A stretch of 44,940 nucleotides of DNA from Oligoflexales bacterium (GCA_041736175.1 JBGSUI010000111.1:1-44940); one strand, 5' to 3'. Positions 9,908 to 19,678 are shown, counted from the stretch's first letter. Numbers and translations: made by a program. The notes: a model not told the origin generated them from the letters alone.

Positions 9908-11224
9908 TCAAATGGTTGTAAGAGCGAGCCGTCGGCCTGCCTCGGCGAGTTGCTCTAGGGGTTTGCAAAAGGCAAACCGAGCCAGAGGTGTTTGGGGCAG
10001 ATTTTTTCGCGAGGTTTCACGACCGAGCGCTGGGTCTGAAAACGCACTAAACGGTATGGGGGTGACCCGCTGGCGGAGGCTTAGGTGCCTGCAGAAGTTG
10101 TAGTCGAGGCGCTGCTCAGTGATCGGATCCATGGGAATCCCGCGGAGCTTGATAAAATCCTGGTAGCCCCTTGGGGGATCCATAGCAAACTGCGGGGGGA
10201 CCTGGGAAAGATCTACCGGGATAAAAAAGCTCCCTTCTGGTTTGATAGGGGTCAGTCCAGCAGTGGTGAGACCATCCATAAGAAAATTTCTTTTTGTTTG
10301 GTAGTCCTGCTGCAACCACTGGTAGTAGCTGCTGCAGCCTTGGTAGGATTTTGGGGCGATATCGAGACAGTGGGCCACGGCTGCTTGTAGGGGAGTCGCT
10401 ACTGAGAAGACGACCCATTGCTGGCAGATCTGCAGACGCCTCACCAGTGTTTCTGGTCCGATGACCCAGCCTATCTTCCAGCCGGTAATACTAAAGGTTT
10501 TACCCGCAGAGTACAAAGATAGGGTCCGGTCATCCATTCCGGGCAAGGTGGCAAAGGGAGTATGAACGCTGCTTTCATAGACCAGATGTTCGTAGACCTC
10601 GTCACTGATGACGATGATCTGGGGATGCTTCTTAAGGAGTTTTGCGATCTCGGCCAGCTCATCGGCAGAGAACACTTTGCCGGTGGGATTGTGGGGCGTA
10701 TTTAGCAAAAAAGCTTTGGTGCGCGGTGTGATGGCCGCCTCGAGCTTTTGCAGATCCAAATGAAACTTGCCATCAACACCTAGCTCCAAGGGGACATACC
10801 GGGCTTTGCCCCCGATCATAGCCAAGGCACCCCCGTAGATATCAAAGGCTGGCTCCAAAAGGATCACCTCGTCTCCCGGATCAAGGATCCCCATAAAAGC
10901 GAGGAGGATGGCTTCGCTGCAACCGACAGTGACCAACACCTCCTGGTCCCAGCGGATGGTTTTTCTAAGTTGCGGGCCGTAGTGACGGGCGACCGCTTGG
11001 GTGAGGATTTGGGTGCCGGCCGAGCGGGCATACTGGGCATAGCAGCCCTGTCCTAGCATCTCTTGGCCCAAGGCTGTCACAAATTCAGGGGGGTCCCAGC
11101 CGGGAAAACCTTGGCCTAAGTTAACCGCCTCGCATGCGTTTGCAAGGGGAGAAAACTCCAGCCAAACAGATGGAGCACCAAATTGGCTGAGGCGTTCAGG
11201 GGTCGAGAAGGGGACAATAGACAT
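9908..11224 (-). CDS. PLP-dependent class I/II aminotransferase, kynurenine/glutamine transaminase-like
   Basis: Motifs VNLGQGFP, NTPHNPTG, SDEVY and SAGKTFSITGWKIGW (PLP-Lys), plus the C-terminal RFAFCK arginine. Confidence 0.92.
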   Translation of the reverse strand: MSIVPFSTPERLSQFGAPSVWLEFSPLANACEAVNLGQGFPGWDPPEFVTALGQEMLGQGCYAQYARSAGTQILTQAVARHYGPQLRKTIRWDQEVLVTVGCSEAILLAFMGILDPGDEVILLEPAFDIYGGALAMIGGKARYVPLELGVDGKFHLDLQKLEAAITPRTKAFLLNTPHNPTGKVFSADELAEIAKLLKKHPQIIVISDEVYEHLVYESSVHTPFATLPGMDDRTLSLYSAGKTFSITGWKIGWVIGPETLVRRLQICQQWVVFSVATPLQAAVAHCLDIAPKSYQGCSSYYQWLQQDYQTKRNFLMDGLTTAGLTPIKPEGSFFIPVDLSQVPPQFAMDPPRGYQDFIKLRGIPMDPITEQRLDYNFCRHLSLRQRVTPIPFSAFSDPALGRETSRKNLPQTPLARFAFCKPLEQLAEAGRRLALTTI

Positions 11225-11403
11225 CTAGAGCCTCGATAGACTGTGGCTTGAGGGTTTAGTACGGTATCTAATCTAACGAAAGGTTTCACCGCTGGCTAGG
11301 GACTCGGGTCACAAAAGTGCATACCCAGCTTCGGATAATATTCTGTTGCTCACCGAGGCCCATAAAGTTACAGTTATCTTTTCGTACATAATAAGGGGGA
11401 TCT

Positions 11404-12828
11404 ATGAAACACTCGGTTCGACAGACGGGCCTTTATAAATCAAAATTAGTTTTTTTAGTGGCCCTTGCACTGATGCTGGGCAACGCCATGCTGACTTCCT
11501 GCCGCCAAGAACCTTCACCATGGGTGGTCCAGGGGAGTGCCAGTGACGGGTCGTCGCAAACCTATGGGTTTCGGTTTGAACCAAAGAGTCACACCGAATT
11601 GATCGGTGACCGGTCTCTCTTGCGTATGGTAACCGACGACGAAGTCCTGACAGTCCTGAGACCTCTTGAGTCTTTTAAGGAGAAGGAGTTGGAGCAGGGG
11701 GAAATTGAGTGGATCGCCCCTCTCTTACCTGAAAACCGCCTTGTGATGGTGGAGCTGGATCATGAGTCGAGCCCCCTTGTCAGGGGAGAGCGCAAACGCT
11801 GGGGACCCTTGGCGCTGGTGGAACTCCCAGCTGCAGCATCGGCCCACAAGTGGCTTGGAACCCACCGCTTTTTTGTAGCAGAGCTGGAGACCTACGAGGG
11901 GCCTATGGTCCACGACACTTTGACCTACCGTTCCCCCTGGGCGCTGGGTGGGCATGATTTCGCGGGAAGCGATGTTGATCGGGCTTTTCTTGAGCAAAAG
12001 GTGGCGGAGTTTTCAGGAGCTAAGTCTTTTGAAACGGGATCAGGCTCGGCGCGGATTATGGAGCGAGGGTCGGATGCTGGGAGGCTCCTCGCCAGGAAGT
12101 GGATCAGAGAGCAGTTTGAGTCCATTGGCTACGTCGTCACGGAGCATACCTACCGAGGGAGATTCTCGGAGGGGGTTAACCTGGTGGCAGAAAAAGCCGG
12201 CAAAAACTCCGCGCGGTCCCTGATCCTTTCGGCCCACTACGACTCCGTAGGCAATGCGGGGGCTGATGACAATGGTGCTGGAGTGGTGGCCATGCTGGGG
12301 GTGGCCCAGGGTCTTAAAAATACTTTATTAGATATCAATCTGAAGATGGTGTTTTTCGACCAGGAGGAGAAGGGTTTGGTGGGATCTAAAGCCTATGTGG
12401 ACTTTCTTAAGAGCTCAGGTGAATTAGGCCAAGTGGTTGGCAATATCAACTTCGAAATGTTAGGGTTTAACGGGCGAAAGGACGGAGCTTTCCATGTGAT
12501 CGACTGCAACGAAAACACCTCGGCACGGCTAAGCCAGGGGTTTCTTGAAGTCCTCAACTCCCAGCCTGACTTGGAGTTACACCGCGTGAAGGCCTGTACC
12601 AACCGAAGTGATCATGCCAGTTTTTGGCGGTATGGTAAGCCTGCTGTGGTGGTGTCGCAAAACTTCTTTGGCGGCGACGGCAATCCATGCTATCACGAAG
12701 CCTGCGATAAGGTTGACCGAATGGATTTTGATTATATGCTACGGCTTACAAAGCTAACAGAGGGGGCTGTGCTCTCTTTGATAAGTCGAATGAAAGACGA
12801 AACAGATAGGGGGTTGTATGAAGGGTGA
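11404..12828 (+). CDS. M28 family zinc peptidase, lipoprotein
   Basis: Motifs [42 protein letters not shown]. Lipobox MLTS-C. Confidence 0.9.
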   Translation: MKHSVRQTGLYKSKLVFLVALALMLGNAMLTSCRQEPSPWVVQGSASDGSSQTYGFRFEPKSHTELIGDRSLLRMVTDDEVLTVLRPLESFKEKELEQGEIEWIAPLLPENRLVMVELDHESSPLVRGERKRWGPLALVELPAAASAHKWLGTHRFFVAELETYEGPMVHDTLTYRSPWALGGHDFAGSDVDRAFLEQKVAEFSGAKSFETGSGSARIMERGSDAGRLLARKWIREQFESIGYVVTEHTYRGRFSEGVNLVAEKAGKNSARSLILSAHYDSVGNAGADDNGAGVVAMLGVAQGLKNTLLDINLKMVFFDQEEKGLVGSKAYVDFLKSSGELGQVVGNINFEMLGFNGRKDGAFHVIDCNENTSARLSQGFLEVLNSQPDLELHRVKACTNRSDHASFWRYGKPAVVVSQNFFGGDGNPCYHEACDKVDRMDFDYMLRLTKLTEGAVLSLISRMKDETDRGLYEG

Positions 12829-13288
12829 TCCTAAGGTTATTGAAATGTTAAACGATGTATTAACGGGTGAGTTAACTGCGATCAATCAGTATTTTCTTCA
12901 TGCCCGTATGTTGAAAAACTGGGGGTACGATAAGATTGGAAATACTGTCCATAAGGAATCCATCGATGAGATGAAACATGCCCAGAGCCTTACGGACCGG
13001 ATCCTCTTCTTAGAAGGATTTCCAAACCTCCAGCGGCTTGGCAAGCTTAACATCGGCGAGACGGTTCCCGAGCAGTTTGTGGCCGATCTCAAGCTTGAGC
13101 ACGAAGCGCTGCAAAAGCTTAAGAATGGTATTAAGCTATGCTTTGAAGCTGCGGACCATGTATCCCGGGAGTTGCTTGAGGATATTTTAATCGACGAAGA
13201 GCGCCATGTGGATTGGCTGGAGACCCAAATAGGGCTGGTTCAGAAACTAGGGGAGATCCCTTATCTTGCAGAGCAGTTGGGTGGATAG
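12818..13288 (+). CDS. bfr: Bacterioferritin
   Basis: MKGD start, [20 protein letters not shown] (ferroxidase Glu/His and heme Met), [12 protein letters not shown]. Overlaps the M28 stop by 11 nt. Confidence 0.97.
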   Translation: MKGDPKVIEMLNDVLTGELTAINQYFLHARMLKNWGYDKIGNTVHKESIDEMKHAQSLTDRILFLEGFPNLQRLGKLNIGETVPEQFVADLKLEHEALQKLKNGIKLCFEAADHVSRELLEDILIDEERHVDWLETQIGLVQKLGEIPYLAEQLGG

Positions 13289-13306
13289 AGTGCGTCGGTG
13301 GCGGGA

Positions 13307-13337
13307 AAGGGAGGGTCTCTAGGGAGACTCTCTCCTT
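13307..13337 (+). terminator. Hairpin downstream of bfr
   Basis: GAGGGTCTC-TAGG-GAGACTCTC stem (one G-U) with AAGG/CCTT outer pairs. No U-tract. Confidence 0.35.
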
Positions 13338-13542
13338 GCGGCCACTTTCACCATCCCTTATGATTCTATGGCGAAGCGATCCATCTGATGGGGAATCTAA
13401 TAGGTGCTTCCTCACATTCACAAAAGATTTTTTCAACCTTAAGATCTTTCCCAGGCTGCTAGGTGCATATTACCTGGACAACGACTGCAGAACGATCTCA
13501 AGGATTCTCTAATCATTCTGGCACTTACTTTTTCTGCTAACT

Positions 13543-13558
13543 TGGCACGGAAATTGAA
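13543..13558 (+). promoter_or_regulatory. sigma54 promoter
   Basis: TGGCACG-GAAA-TTGAA (perfect -24 element, GA variant at -12), ~100 nt before ATG 13659. Confidence 0.6.
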
Positions 13559-13658
13559 CGGTCACTTACCAATGGATAAGGATAAGTGACGGATGTCGGT
13601 TTACCAAAAGGTCAGAGTTGCAAAATCTAAATTAATTTTTTTGAAAGGTATAGTTGCC

Positions 13659-14501
13659 ATGATTTCACGAAAGATTCTTCTTTTAACTCTCGTCAGCGGC
13701 TGTCTTAATTCACCAGCTCCTGATAGTAAAGTCAACACATTAACACCTAATCAACCCTACTTTTTTTCCCAGTGTCGTGGGCCAGCTCAAATTGTAAAGC
13801 GCTTTCCTGGTTTAGACCTACAAATACGGGAAAATAAGACCTCCCGATTTCATCGTTTTGGATCGGCAGTCCCTGGACAATCGACCTACGTCCGGCAAGA
13901 GGTTAGACAAACAGAAACCACCTCTGAAAAAGGTATTCCCTGTGCCATGGCTCCTATCACAAGAATAGCAACTTTCTCTTCACCCATATATGACGAAGCC
14001 ATCAAGAAGGGGAGCATCGTGACGCCCATGGAAAACGGCGTACCAGACAATTATTCATGCGGAAAAGTGACCGAAATGCTCAATGTTGGAGATCTGAAGG
14101 AAGGAACGCAAGTTCTTATTCCCTTGGCACCCTATTTTGAATCTTCTCCTCCATGGAATGGCGCTGGCTACAAAAATCCCTATGCAATCTTCACGATCCA
14201 AAAGATCATAACAACAATCGGTGGGATTTCTTCTCCAGACATGTTGTCCCTGGAAGGGGTTTTTGAGCCTATCGAAATTACCAACTATACCGACACTAAA
14301 GTCATCGAGCCCACTCAGATATCCAAGGTTCTCACGGGCGCTCCCCTCTACAAGGGATGGGTGGCTATTGCGGATTCCTTGGATTTCATGCCTCAAGCCA
14401 CTTTTGGCTGGGTTCGGAGTGCTCTCTATCTTGAACGGATGGAACAGGTGAATGGTAAATTTCTACCAGCTATGAAGTTAGTGGTGGGTAACTGGAACTG
14501 A
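13659..14501 (+). CDS. Hypothetical lipoprotein
   Basis: MISRKILLLTLVSG-C lipoprotein signal from ATG 13659, AAGGT upstream. No family recognised. Confidence 0.75.
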   Translation: MISRKILLLTLVSGCLNSPAPDSKVNTLTPNQPYFFSQCRGPAQIVKRFPGLDLQIRENKTSRFHRFGSAVPGQSTYVRQEVRQTETTSEKGIPCAMAPITRIATFSSPIYDEAIKKGSIVTPMENGVPDNYSCGKVTEMLNVGDLKEGTQVLIPLAPYFESSPPWNGAGYKNPYAIFTIQKIITTIGGISSPDMLSLEGVFEPIEITNYTDTKVIEPTQISKVLTGAPLYKGWVAIADSLDFMPQATFGWVRSALYLERMEQVNGKFLPAMKLVVGNWN

Positions 14502-14532
14502 GCCTTCTAGGATGCGATTTTTTGTAATGCCG

Positions 14533-14910
14533 TTACTGTCGTATTTGTAAAGTCGATTTTCCTCGCACCGTCAAGCATAGATAGTCTCGGCCTTCGGGTA
14601 CACTTAGATATCGAGGCTGACTGGTGCCAATTCCCGTCGTAAACACAAAACGGTATTGATCATGATCCACAACGCACTGGATAAAGGCTGGATCGTTTTT
14701 GAGGTGGCAACACTTATCAGCAGTGGTCATTAAGACTTTCCAGTTGCAGGGTTGGGCAACAGCTCCAAGGGGTGGTGTTTTTTGTGCGCTCGCTGGATTG
14801 GACTCAGAGGCGGGCGGCTGCGTTTGCTGGGCGGTCCTACAGGCTCCAGTGATCACTGCTAAACAAAGGACGACTACCGATCCTAAGACACTCTTTTTTT
14901 TGCTTTTCAT
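14533..14910 (-). CDS. Small Cys-containing lipoprotein
   Basis: MKSKKK, hydrophobic stretch, then ITGA-C. Several further Cys. AAGGGA RBS. Confidence 0.75.
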   Translation of the reverse strand: MKSKKKSVLGSVVVLCLAVITGACRTAQQTQPPASESNPASAQKTPPLGAVAQPCNWKVLMTTADKCCHLKNDPAFIQCVVDHDQYRFVFTTGIGTSQPRYLSVPEGRDYLCLTVRGKSTLQIRQ

Positions 14911-14969
14911 AGGATGATCCCTTTTTTTGAAATTTCCGACTTTAATTCTATCTAATTGGTGATCTTTGC

Positions 14970-14985
14970 TGCAAAAGTTGATCCA
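14970..14985 (-). promoter_or_regulatory. sigma54 promoter
   Basis: Minus strand TGGATCA-ACTT-TTGCA, 60 nt upstream of ATG 14910. Confidence 0.6.
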
Positions 14986-15064
14986 AGTTTAGACCCGGTT
15001 TCTATTTTGACGCCATAGCTATCTTTTGGGCCGGAAAGCAGCTGGAACTGAACAGAAAGGAACC

Positions 15065-15080
15065 TGGCATAGATTTTGAT
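15065..15080 (+). promoter_or_regulatory. sigma54 promoter
   Basis: TGGCATA-GATT-TTGAT (GA variant at -12), ~60 nt before ATG 15142. Confidence 0.55.
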
Positions 15081-15141
15081 AAAGAGTGGGCATTCCATTG
15101 ATCCACCTTCTTTTATAATGGTGTTCGTTGAGGAGTGTTGT

Positions 15142-16446
15142 ATGCTTTTGTTACACATGGCTATAATCCTGTCAGTGAGTTTAGGTGGATGTCGCACCTC
15201 TCAGAGCAACGATTCTGGCTCGCAACTCCAAACCTCCGGAGTGGGCCTCCCCAGACCTTTGCGCATCCCCAACATCCAGCCGCAAGCCACGCGGCCGATC
15301 TTACAAAAACTACGTGGTGTTACCCTGGCGTCCAAGGTGGACCCACTCCAGAGAGTCACCCAGGAGATCTTAAAGGAGCTGATGGGCAATCACCTGGAAT
15401 ATGTTGATCATACCCCCTTGAACGTTCGGGACGAAAATACGGAACTTTATAATCTCGTCAGAGATCTGGTCCAGTTAGATAAGGATCAACATTTTCCAGC
15501 CATACTTCCTCCCCTATTCTCCGCATCACACACCACACCTATCGACGCAGCCTTATTTGATTCTGCGTATACTTATTTTGGCCCTTGGAAACTCATGTCT
15601 GCATTGACCCTTGAGGTCCATCGACAGAGGAATTTTCTCAAGCAAAAATCTACCCCTACTCCCCAAGATTTGAAGCGTATTGATGATTTAACTGCTATGC
15701 TCCTTGTTTTGGAGTTTAGATTTGTACCCATCACCACACCCGAATACCACTTTACCAAGCAAGCTGTCTTGGTCTCCGGCAAAGTCGATTTGGAGCAAAC
15801 TCTAGTTTCGGCTCGATACGTCGGAGAGATAGAAAACTCCCATCAACCCGTAAGCCCTACGCCAAGACAAGTGCTGAAAGATCACATCAGCTCGGGCGAT
15901 ATAGAACATATCAAGACCCTAGCCTCAGGCTATCACTACTATGCAACGGGGCGCATTCAACAAGTTAAAGAAAAAATCGGCCCGATTTTTGGCTGTTTGG
16001 CAGCACTGTATAAAACTTGGGCAGATTTCCGTAAAGCCATTAAACGATTTGACGATATTTTCAAACGACCGGATATACCTCGAGCCCCTGGCGAAGTTTT
16101 TCGAGGGATAGCCAACTTTCCAAAAGACGCCTTGGAAAATTGGCTCACTCTTGCTCGTCAGGGTAAGCCTCTCTATCTTGGACTCGACAACCAACCCGAG
16201 GTGATGTTTACCTCGAGGAGTTATAGAGTGGCCGTTGCCTATCGAGATAGGATTGACCATAGTCCTGGAAATTACCAAGTGATCCTTGCCATCACTCAGA
16301 AAAATGGAGTTAGTATTGAAAACATCGTCACTAATGCCAAACCCCAAGAAGTCATGATTCATAGCTCCCAACAATTTAGAGTGGAAGAGGTGTTAAAGGA
16401 TCCGAACACACCCATGGCGGTCGTGATCAAGCTTCAAGAAATTTAG
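15142..16446 (+). CDS. Lipoprotein with C-terminal ADP-ribosyltransferase (R-S-E clade)-like domain
   Basis: GAGGAG RBS and lipobox SLGG-C. C-terminal EVFRGI ... MFTSRSYRVA ... ILAITQKNGVSI ... PQEVMI ... FRVEEV follows the order and spacing of the ARTC fold. Confidence 0.7.
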   Translation: MLLLHMAIILSVSLGGCRTSQSNDSGSQLQTSGVGLPRPLRIPNIQPQATRPILQKLRGVTLASKVDPLQRVTQEILKELMGNHLEYVDHTPLNVRDENTELYNLVRDLVQLDKDQHFPAILPPLFSASHTTPIDAALFDSAYTYFGPWKLMSALTLEVHRQRNFLKQKSTPTPQDLKRIDDLTAMLLVLEFRFVPITTPEYHFTKQAVLVSGKVDLEQTLVSARYVGEIENSHQPVSPTPRQVLKDHISSGDIEHIKTLASGYHYYATGRIQQVKEKIGPIFGCLAALYKTWADFRKAIKRFDDIFKRPDIPRAPGEVFRGIANFPKDALENWLTLARQGKPLYLGLDNQPEVMFTSRSYRVAVAYRDRIDHSPGNYQVILAITQKNGVSIENIVTNAKPQEVMIHSSQQFRVEEVLKDPNTPMAVVIKLQEI

Positions 16447-16481
16447 AATTTTTTGGCAAAAATCTCTTCACCAAGAGTTAG

Positions 16482-16790
16482 TCAACCATTGGAGCTTCTA
16501 ATTTCAAATTCCCGACACCTAATCCGAGAGCATTCATTTCGCTTCCAGATATAATCAGCATTTTTCTTTGCAAAATCAGGATCTGAACGATCTGAACGAT
16601 CTAGTGGCTTTAGGCTATCGGCCTCAATGTCGCAGATGATCTTCTCCATACATGCGTTTGAACTATCCGTTCCCGAAACAGATGTGGTTTCTGATGGGGG
16701 AGAGGATTCAGAGCCCTCTTTAGAACATGCAGCCGAAAGCGCCATGATTAAGCATCCGGCGTAAACACTAAGTTTTGCATTCCCGTACAT
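16482..16790 (-). CDS. Small lipoprotein
   Basis: GGAG RBS, lipobox LSAA-C, Ser-rich linker and four further Cys. Confidence 0.72.
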   Translation of the reverse strand: MYGNAKLSVYAGCLIMALSAACSKEGSESSPPSETTSVSGTDSSNACMEKIICDIEADSLKPLDRSDRSDPDFAKKNADYIWKRNECSRIRCREFEIRSSNG

Positions 16791-16873
16791 TTAAAGACTC
16801 CGAATTGTTTTGTTAGACGCAAAGTTATAGACCATCCCTAAGAGTCCAAGAATCCTTGGAACCCTAGAGATCA

Positions 16874-16889
16874 TGCAAATTATGGTCCA
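16874..16889 (-). promoter_or_regulatory. sigma54 promoter
   Basis: Minus strand TGGACCA-TAAT-TTGCA, 84 nt upstream of ATG 16790. Confidence 0.55.
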
Positions 16890-16927
16890 TAAAACCCGCG
16901 AAACAAGCCACACGATCGCTCGATGGA

Positions 16928-17503
16928 TTAAAAGACCTCTTTTGATCCGCTATCACTCCAACTAATAGCTGCAAGGACTTCACTCAACTCTTTAAGTTCT
17001 GGTGATGGGTTATTTCTATAATCGTTATTTGTTTGGTTTATTACGTTCATAAATATGGGCTTTATCACGCGGCTGACCCTGATATCTGCATCTCTGTTGG
17101 TTGGGTCTTTAGGATCTGGAAAATGGGCTGAGCGACGGTCGTTTCCAGCGAGCGCGTCTGAATTGATAAGAGTTGTAATAAAAATTTCCTTTAGTTTAAA
17201 TGGGTTCGGGTAACCACCCGCAACGCTTCTTGCCTTAAGGAGACCCGTCTGGAGTTTTTTGGCCAAAAGAGCTGGCACAGTGCCGCCATTCATGATTGCT
17301 GCCCTAGCATTGGCGAAAAAAATCTCAGTGAATTTATTTTCCTGAACTTCATTTAATCCAAGGGTTTCCGTTCCTTTTATGTCCGAATCTGATGCGGATG
17401 GATGTGTTGAAGTCTTGCATGCAGGATAGATTGAGAGAAGCAGTAATAATAGAGTTGGTTTGCTAGCGAATCGAATCAATGGTCTCGATGCAAAGTAATA
17501 CAT
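16928..17503 (-). CDS. Hypothetical helical lipoprotein
   Basis: AAAGGG RBS. Leu-rich signal ending IYPA-C. Confidence 0.75.
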   Translation of the reverse strand: MYYFASRPLIRFASKPTLLLLLLSIYPACKTSTHPSASDSDIKGTETLGLNEVQENKFTEIFFANARAAIMNGGTVPALLAKKLQTGLLKARSVAGGYPNPFKLKEIFITTLINSDALAGNDRRSAHFPDPKDPTNRDADIRVSRVIKPIFMNVINQTNNDYRNNPSPELKELSEVLAAISWSDSGSKEVF

Positions 17504-17559
17504 AGTAGCCCTTTCTGAGTGTTATTTGAAAATCAATGATGCTAATTCACTGTTCTCGA

Positions 17560-17575
17560 AGCAAGAATTGAGCCA
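17560..17575 (-). promoter_or_regulatory. sigma54 promoter
   Basis: Minus strand TGGCTCA-ATTC-TTGCT, 57 nt upstream of ATG 17503. Confidence 0.7.
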
Positions 17576-17719
17576 AAAATCTCCTAACCTTTATTTGAAG
17601 TATGTTAGGAAGTTGGCTACTGGGAAAGCCTAGTAAACTGTTAAAAGGTTGAACACCTGGTAGGTACCGGTAAGTAACCATATGTCTATATTTTTATGGG
17701 GCTTATTGTTTTGGAAGGC

Positions 17720-17735
17720 TGGCATCAAATGTGCA
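17720..17735 (+). promoter_or_regulatory. sigma54 promoter
   Basis: TGGCATC-AAAT-GTGCA, 75 nt upstream of ATG 17810. Confidence 0.65.
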
Positions 17736-17809
17736 TAGGATTCTTCTCATAAAGTGATAGTCAAAAATGGTTTTAGACTTGATTTAAGCGAAACTAAATT
17801 GGAGATAAA

Positions 17810-19678
17810 ATGAAGACATTTGCATATGGGATGAAGACTCTACTGGTTGATTTCATACGATGCTTTGTGCCCTTGATGGGGACAATCCTATGGATGCAAG
17901 GTTGTATGAAAAGTCTAAATCCTCAAGATAAAGAGAGTTCATTAGATGGTGGGAGCGGTGCCATTGATGCCGTGTCTGTCGAGCATCCATTGACGCCACT
18001 GGCCCAAAAAATCAGAGAAAAGTCACTAGTGGCCTTAAAGGAAATCTACAAAAAGAATTTGTCGCCAGATCAACTTAAACTCAGTGCTGGTGATGGCGGG
18101 CTTCCTCAACCCGTTGCCGAAGCGATTCTTGAGGTGCTGAAGTCCCAGAGTAGCGGAGGTGATGTGAGTTCAGAAAAATATCCCTGCAAGATAAATAGCA
18201 ATTTAATAAAGCCCTATGAAGTGCTTTATGCACTACAGCGGGCTGGGCTTGGTCCGATGACAAGTGACGATAAATTAGGCGAGTTGTCAAGATTCCTCAC
18301 TAACAAGAGATGGATGGATGTGCTCGGGTATCCGTTAAAATCGACAGAGCTCATGATTGCCTTAGAAAAGTGGTTTACTCGTCTTGAGCGAGAGAATCCA
18401 CGAGAAGTCGGTATTCCGGAAGTTTCCCGTTCACTTGGGCTCAAGAAAGTCACGTTGCCGGACCGTTATTTCGATTTCGCGACCTTTGATAGAGATATGT
18501 TTCCTAATCCAGGTAACCTAGAGACCCACGTGAGCTGGATTAATCATATACTTAAAAAGAACGAAGTTCCGCTTATGGATAAAAATCAAAGGCAGCTGCG
18601 GTGTTTTGGGGCAGGGATCGTCACCCGCTTAATTTTTGTGAAAAATCCAAATGAAGGCTATAATTATTCCAACTTTTTTGAGAGTCTACGAAACGTTGAT
18701 GTTTTTGAATATGTGAAAGCCATCGAATCAAAAAACTTTATTTCAGAGCATAGGCCCGAGCGTAATGTGGACACTAAATCGTTAGTTAATTATATCAATA
18801 CGAAGAATCAAATTGATACTTTGGTCATCAATTTAAGTTTTCCCACTGATTCTATGCGAAGGAGTGGCTTTTTTGGTCAGGTGGATGTACCAATACTAAA
18901 ATCATTATCGGATCCAGTCCGCAATAGGATTAGGACGATTGTGTTCGATCTTTGGGGGCTGACAAAGGTTATTGAGGAAGATTCTTGTTCCTTCAGATTG
19001 TTGAAACCAGAGGCGGTCACTTCATTGCTAACCGAGGTGAAGAGGCTACTTCCTCAGGCCGTGAATTTTGGGGTAGATGACACTCATTACACGTGTAAAT
19101 ATGACCATAAAAGTATCGATGTCGATTTGGTACAGTCAGTGATCCAGGGAATCGATAAATTGGGCGCTGAAAAGCTGCTTCTAGAAACCCATAATAGAAA
19201 CAAAATTCTAGATAATTTTCCTACATTGAACAAAATTAAGTCAGTCAAGATTCAAGTTGATTCCAGTCAAAACAAACGCTGTGGGTACGGGATGTCTGAG
19301 TTTAAGCTAAGCAATCTTATGAGTAGCTTGAAAAATGTGAAAAACATCTGGTTTCAGGATGCTACAGATGGAGTTAATACAGAAAAATTAAACGATCTAT
19401 ATGAAAGTTGGAAAAAATCATCAACACACTCAAAGCTGGAAAAGATCCGCTTTTCCTGTACAGAAGGATTATCTTCTGGAACAAGTCAAAAGACAATTGA
19501 CCTTCCTTATACACATTTTCCGAGTCTTCGAACAATTGTCAGTGAAAATTGCAATCTTAACCTACCGACATCTCCGCTGATCTTAAAAAAGATTATACTT
19601 GGCAATCCCAATGGGGTGCAGTGGATTCCAAGGTCAGATATCGAAGAGCTTGTTTCAGAAAAGAGTGGCTTACAATGA
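17810..19678 (+). CDS. Large lipoprotein with C-terminal LRR-like repeats
   Basis: GGAG RBS and lipobox WMQG-C. C-terminal half has recurring [LIV]xx[LIV]x[LIVF] strands (IRTIVF, AEKLLL, IKSVKI, VKNIWF, LEKIRF, LRTIVS, LKKIIL). Confidence 0.75.
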   Translation: MKTFAYGMKTLLVDFIRCFVPLMGTILWMQGCMKSLNPQDKESSLDGGSGAIDAVSVEHPLTPLAQKIREKSLVALKEIYKKNLSPDQLKLSAGDGGLPQPVAEAILEVLKSQSSGGDVSSEKYPCKINSNLIKPYEVLYALQRAGLGPMTSDDKLGELSRFLTNKRWMDVLGYPLKSTELMIALEKWFTRLERENPREVGIPEVSRSLGLKKVTLPDRYFDFATFDRDMFPNPGNLETHVSWINHILKKNEVPLMDKNQRQLRCFGAGIVTRLIFVKNPNEGYNYSNFFESLRNVDVFEYVKAIESKNFISEHRPERNVDTKSLVNYINTKNQIDTLVINLSFPTDSMRRSGFFGQVDVPILKSLSDPVRNRIRTIVFDLWGLTKVIEEDSCSFRLLKPEAVTSLLTEVKRLLPQAVNFGVDDTHYTCKYDHKSIDVDLVQSVIQGIDKLGAEKLLLETHNRNKILDNFPTLNKIKSVKIQVDSSQNKRCGYGMSEFKLSNLMSSLKNVKNIWFQDATDGVNTEKLNDLYESWKKSSTHSKLEKIRFSCTEGLSSGTSQKTIDLPYTHFPSLRTIVSENCNLNLPTSPLILKKIILGNPNGVQWIPRSDIEELVSEKSGLQ

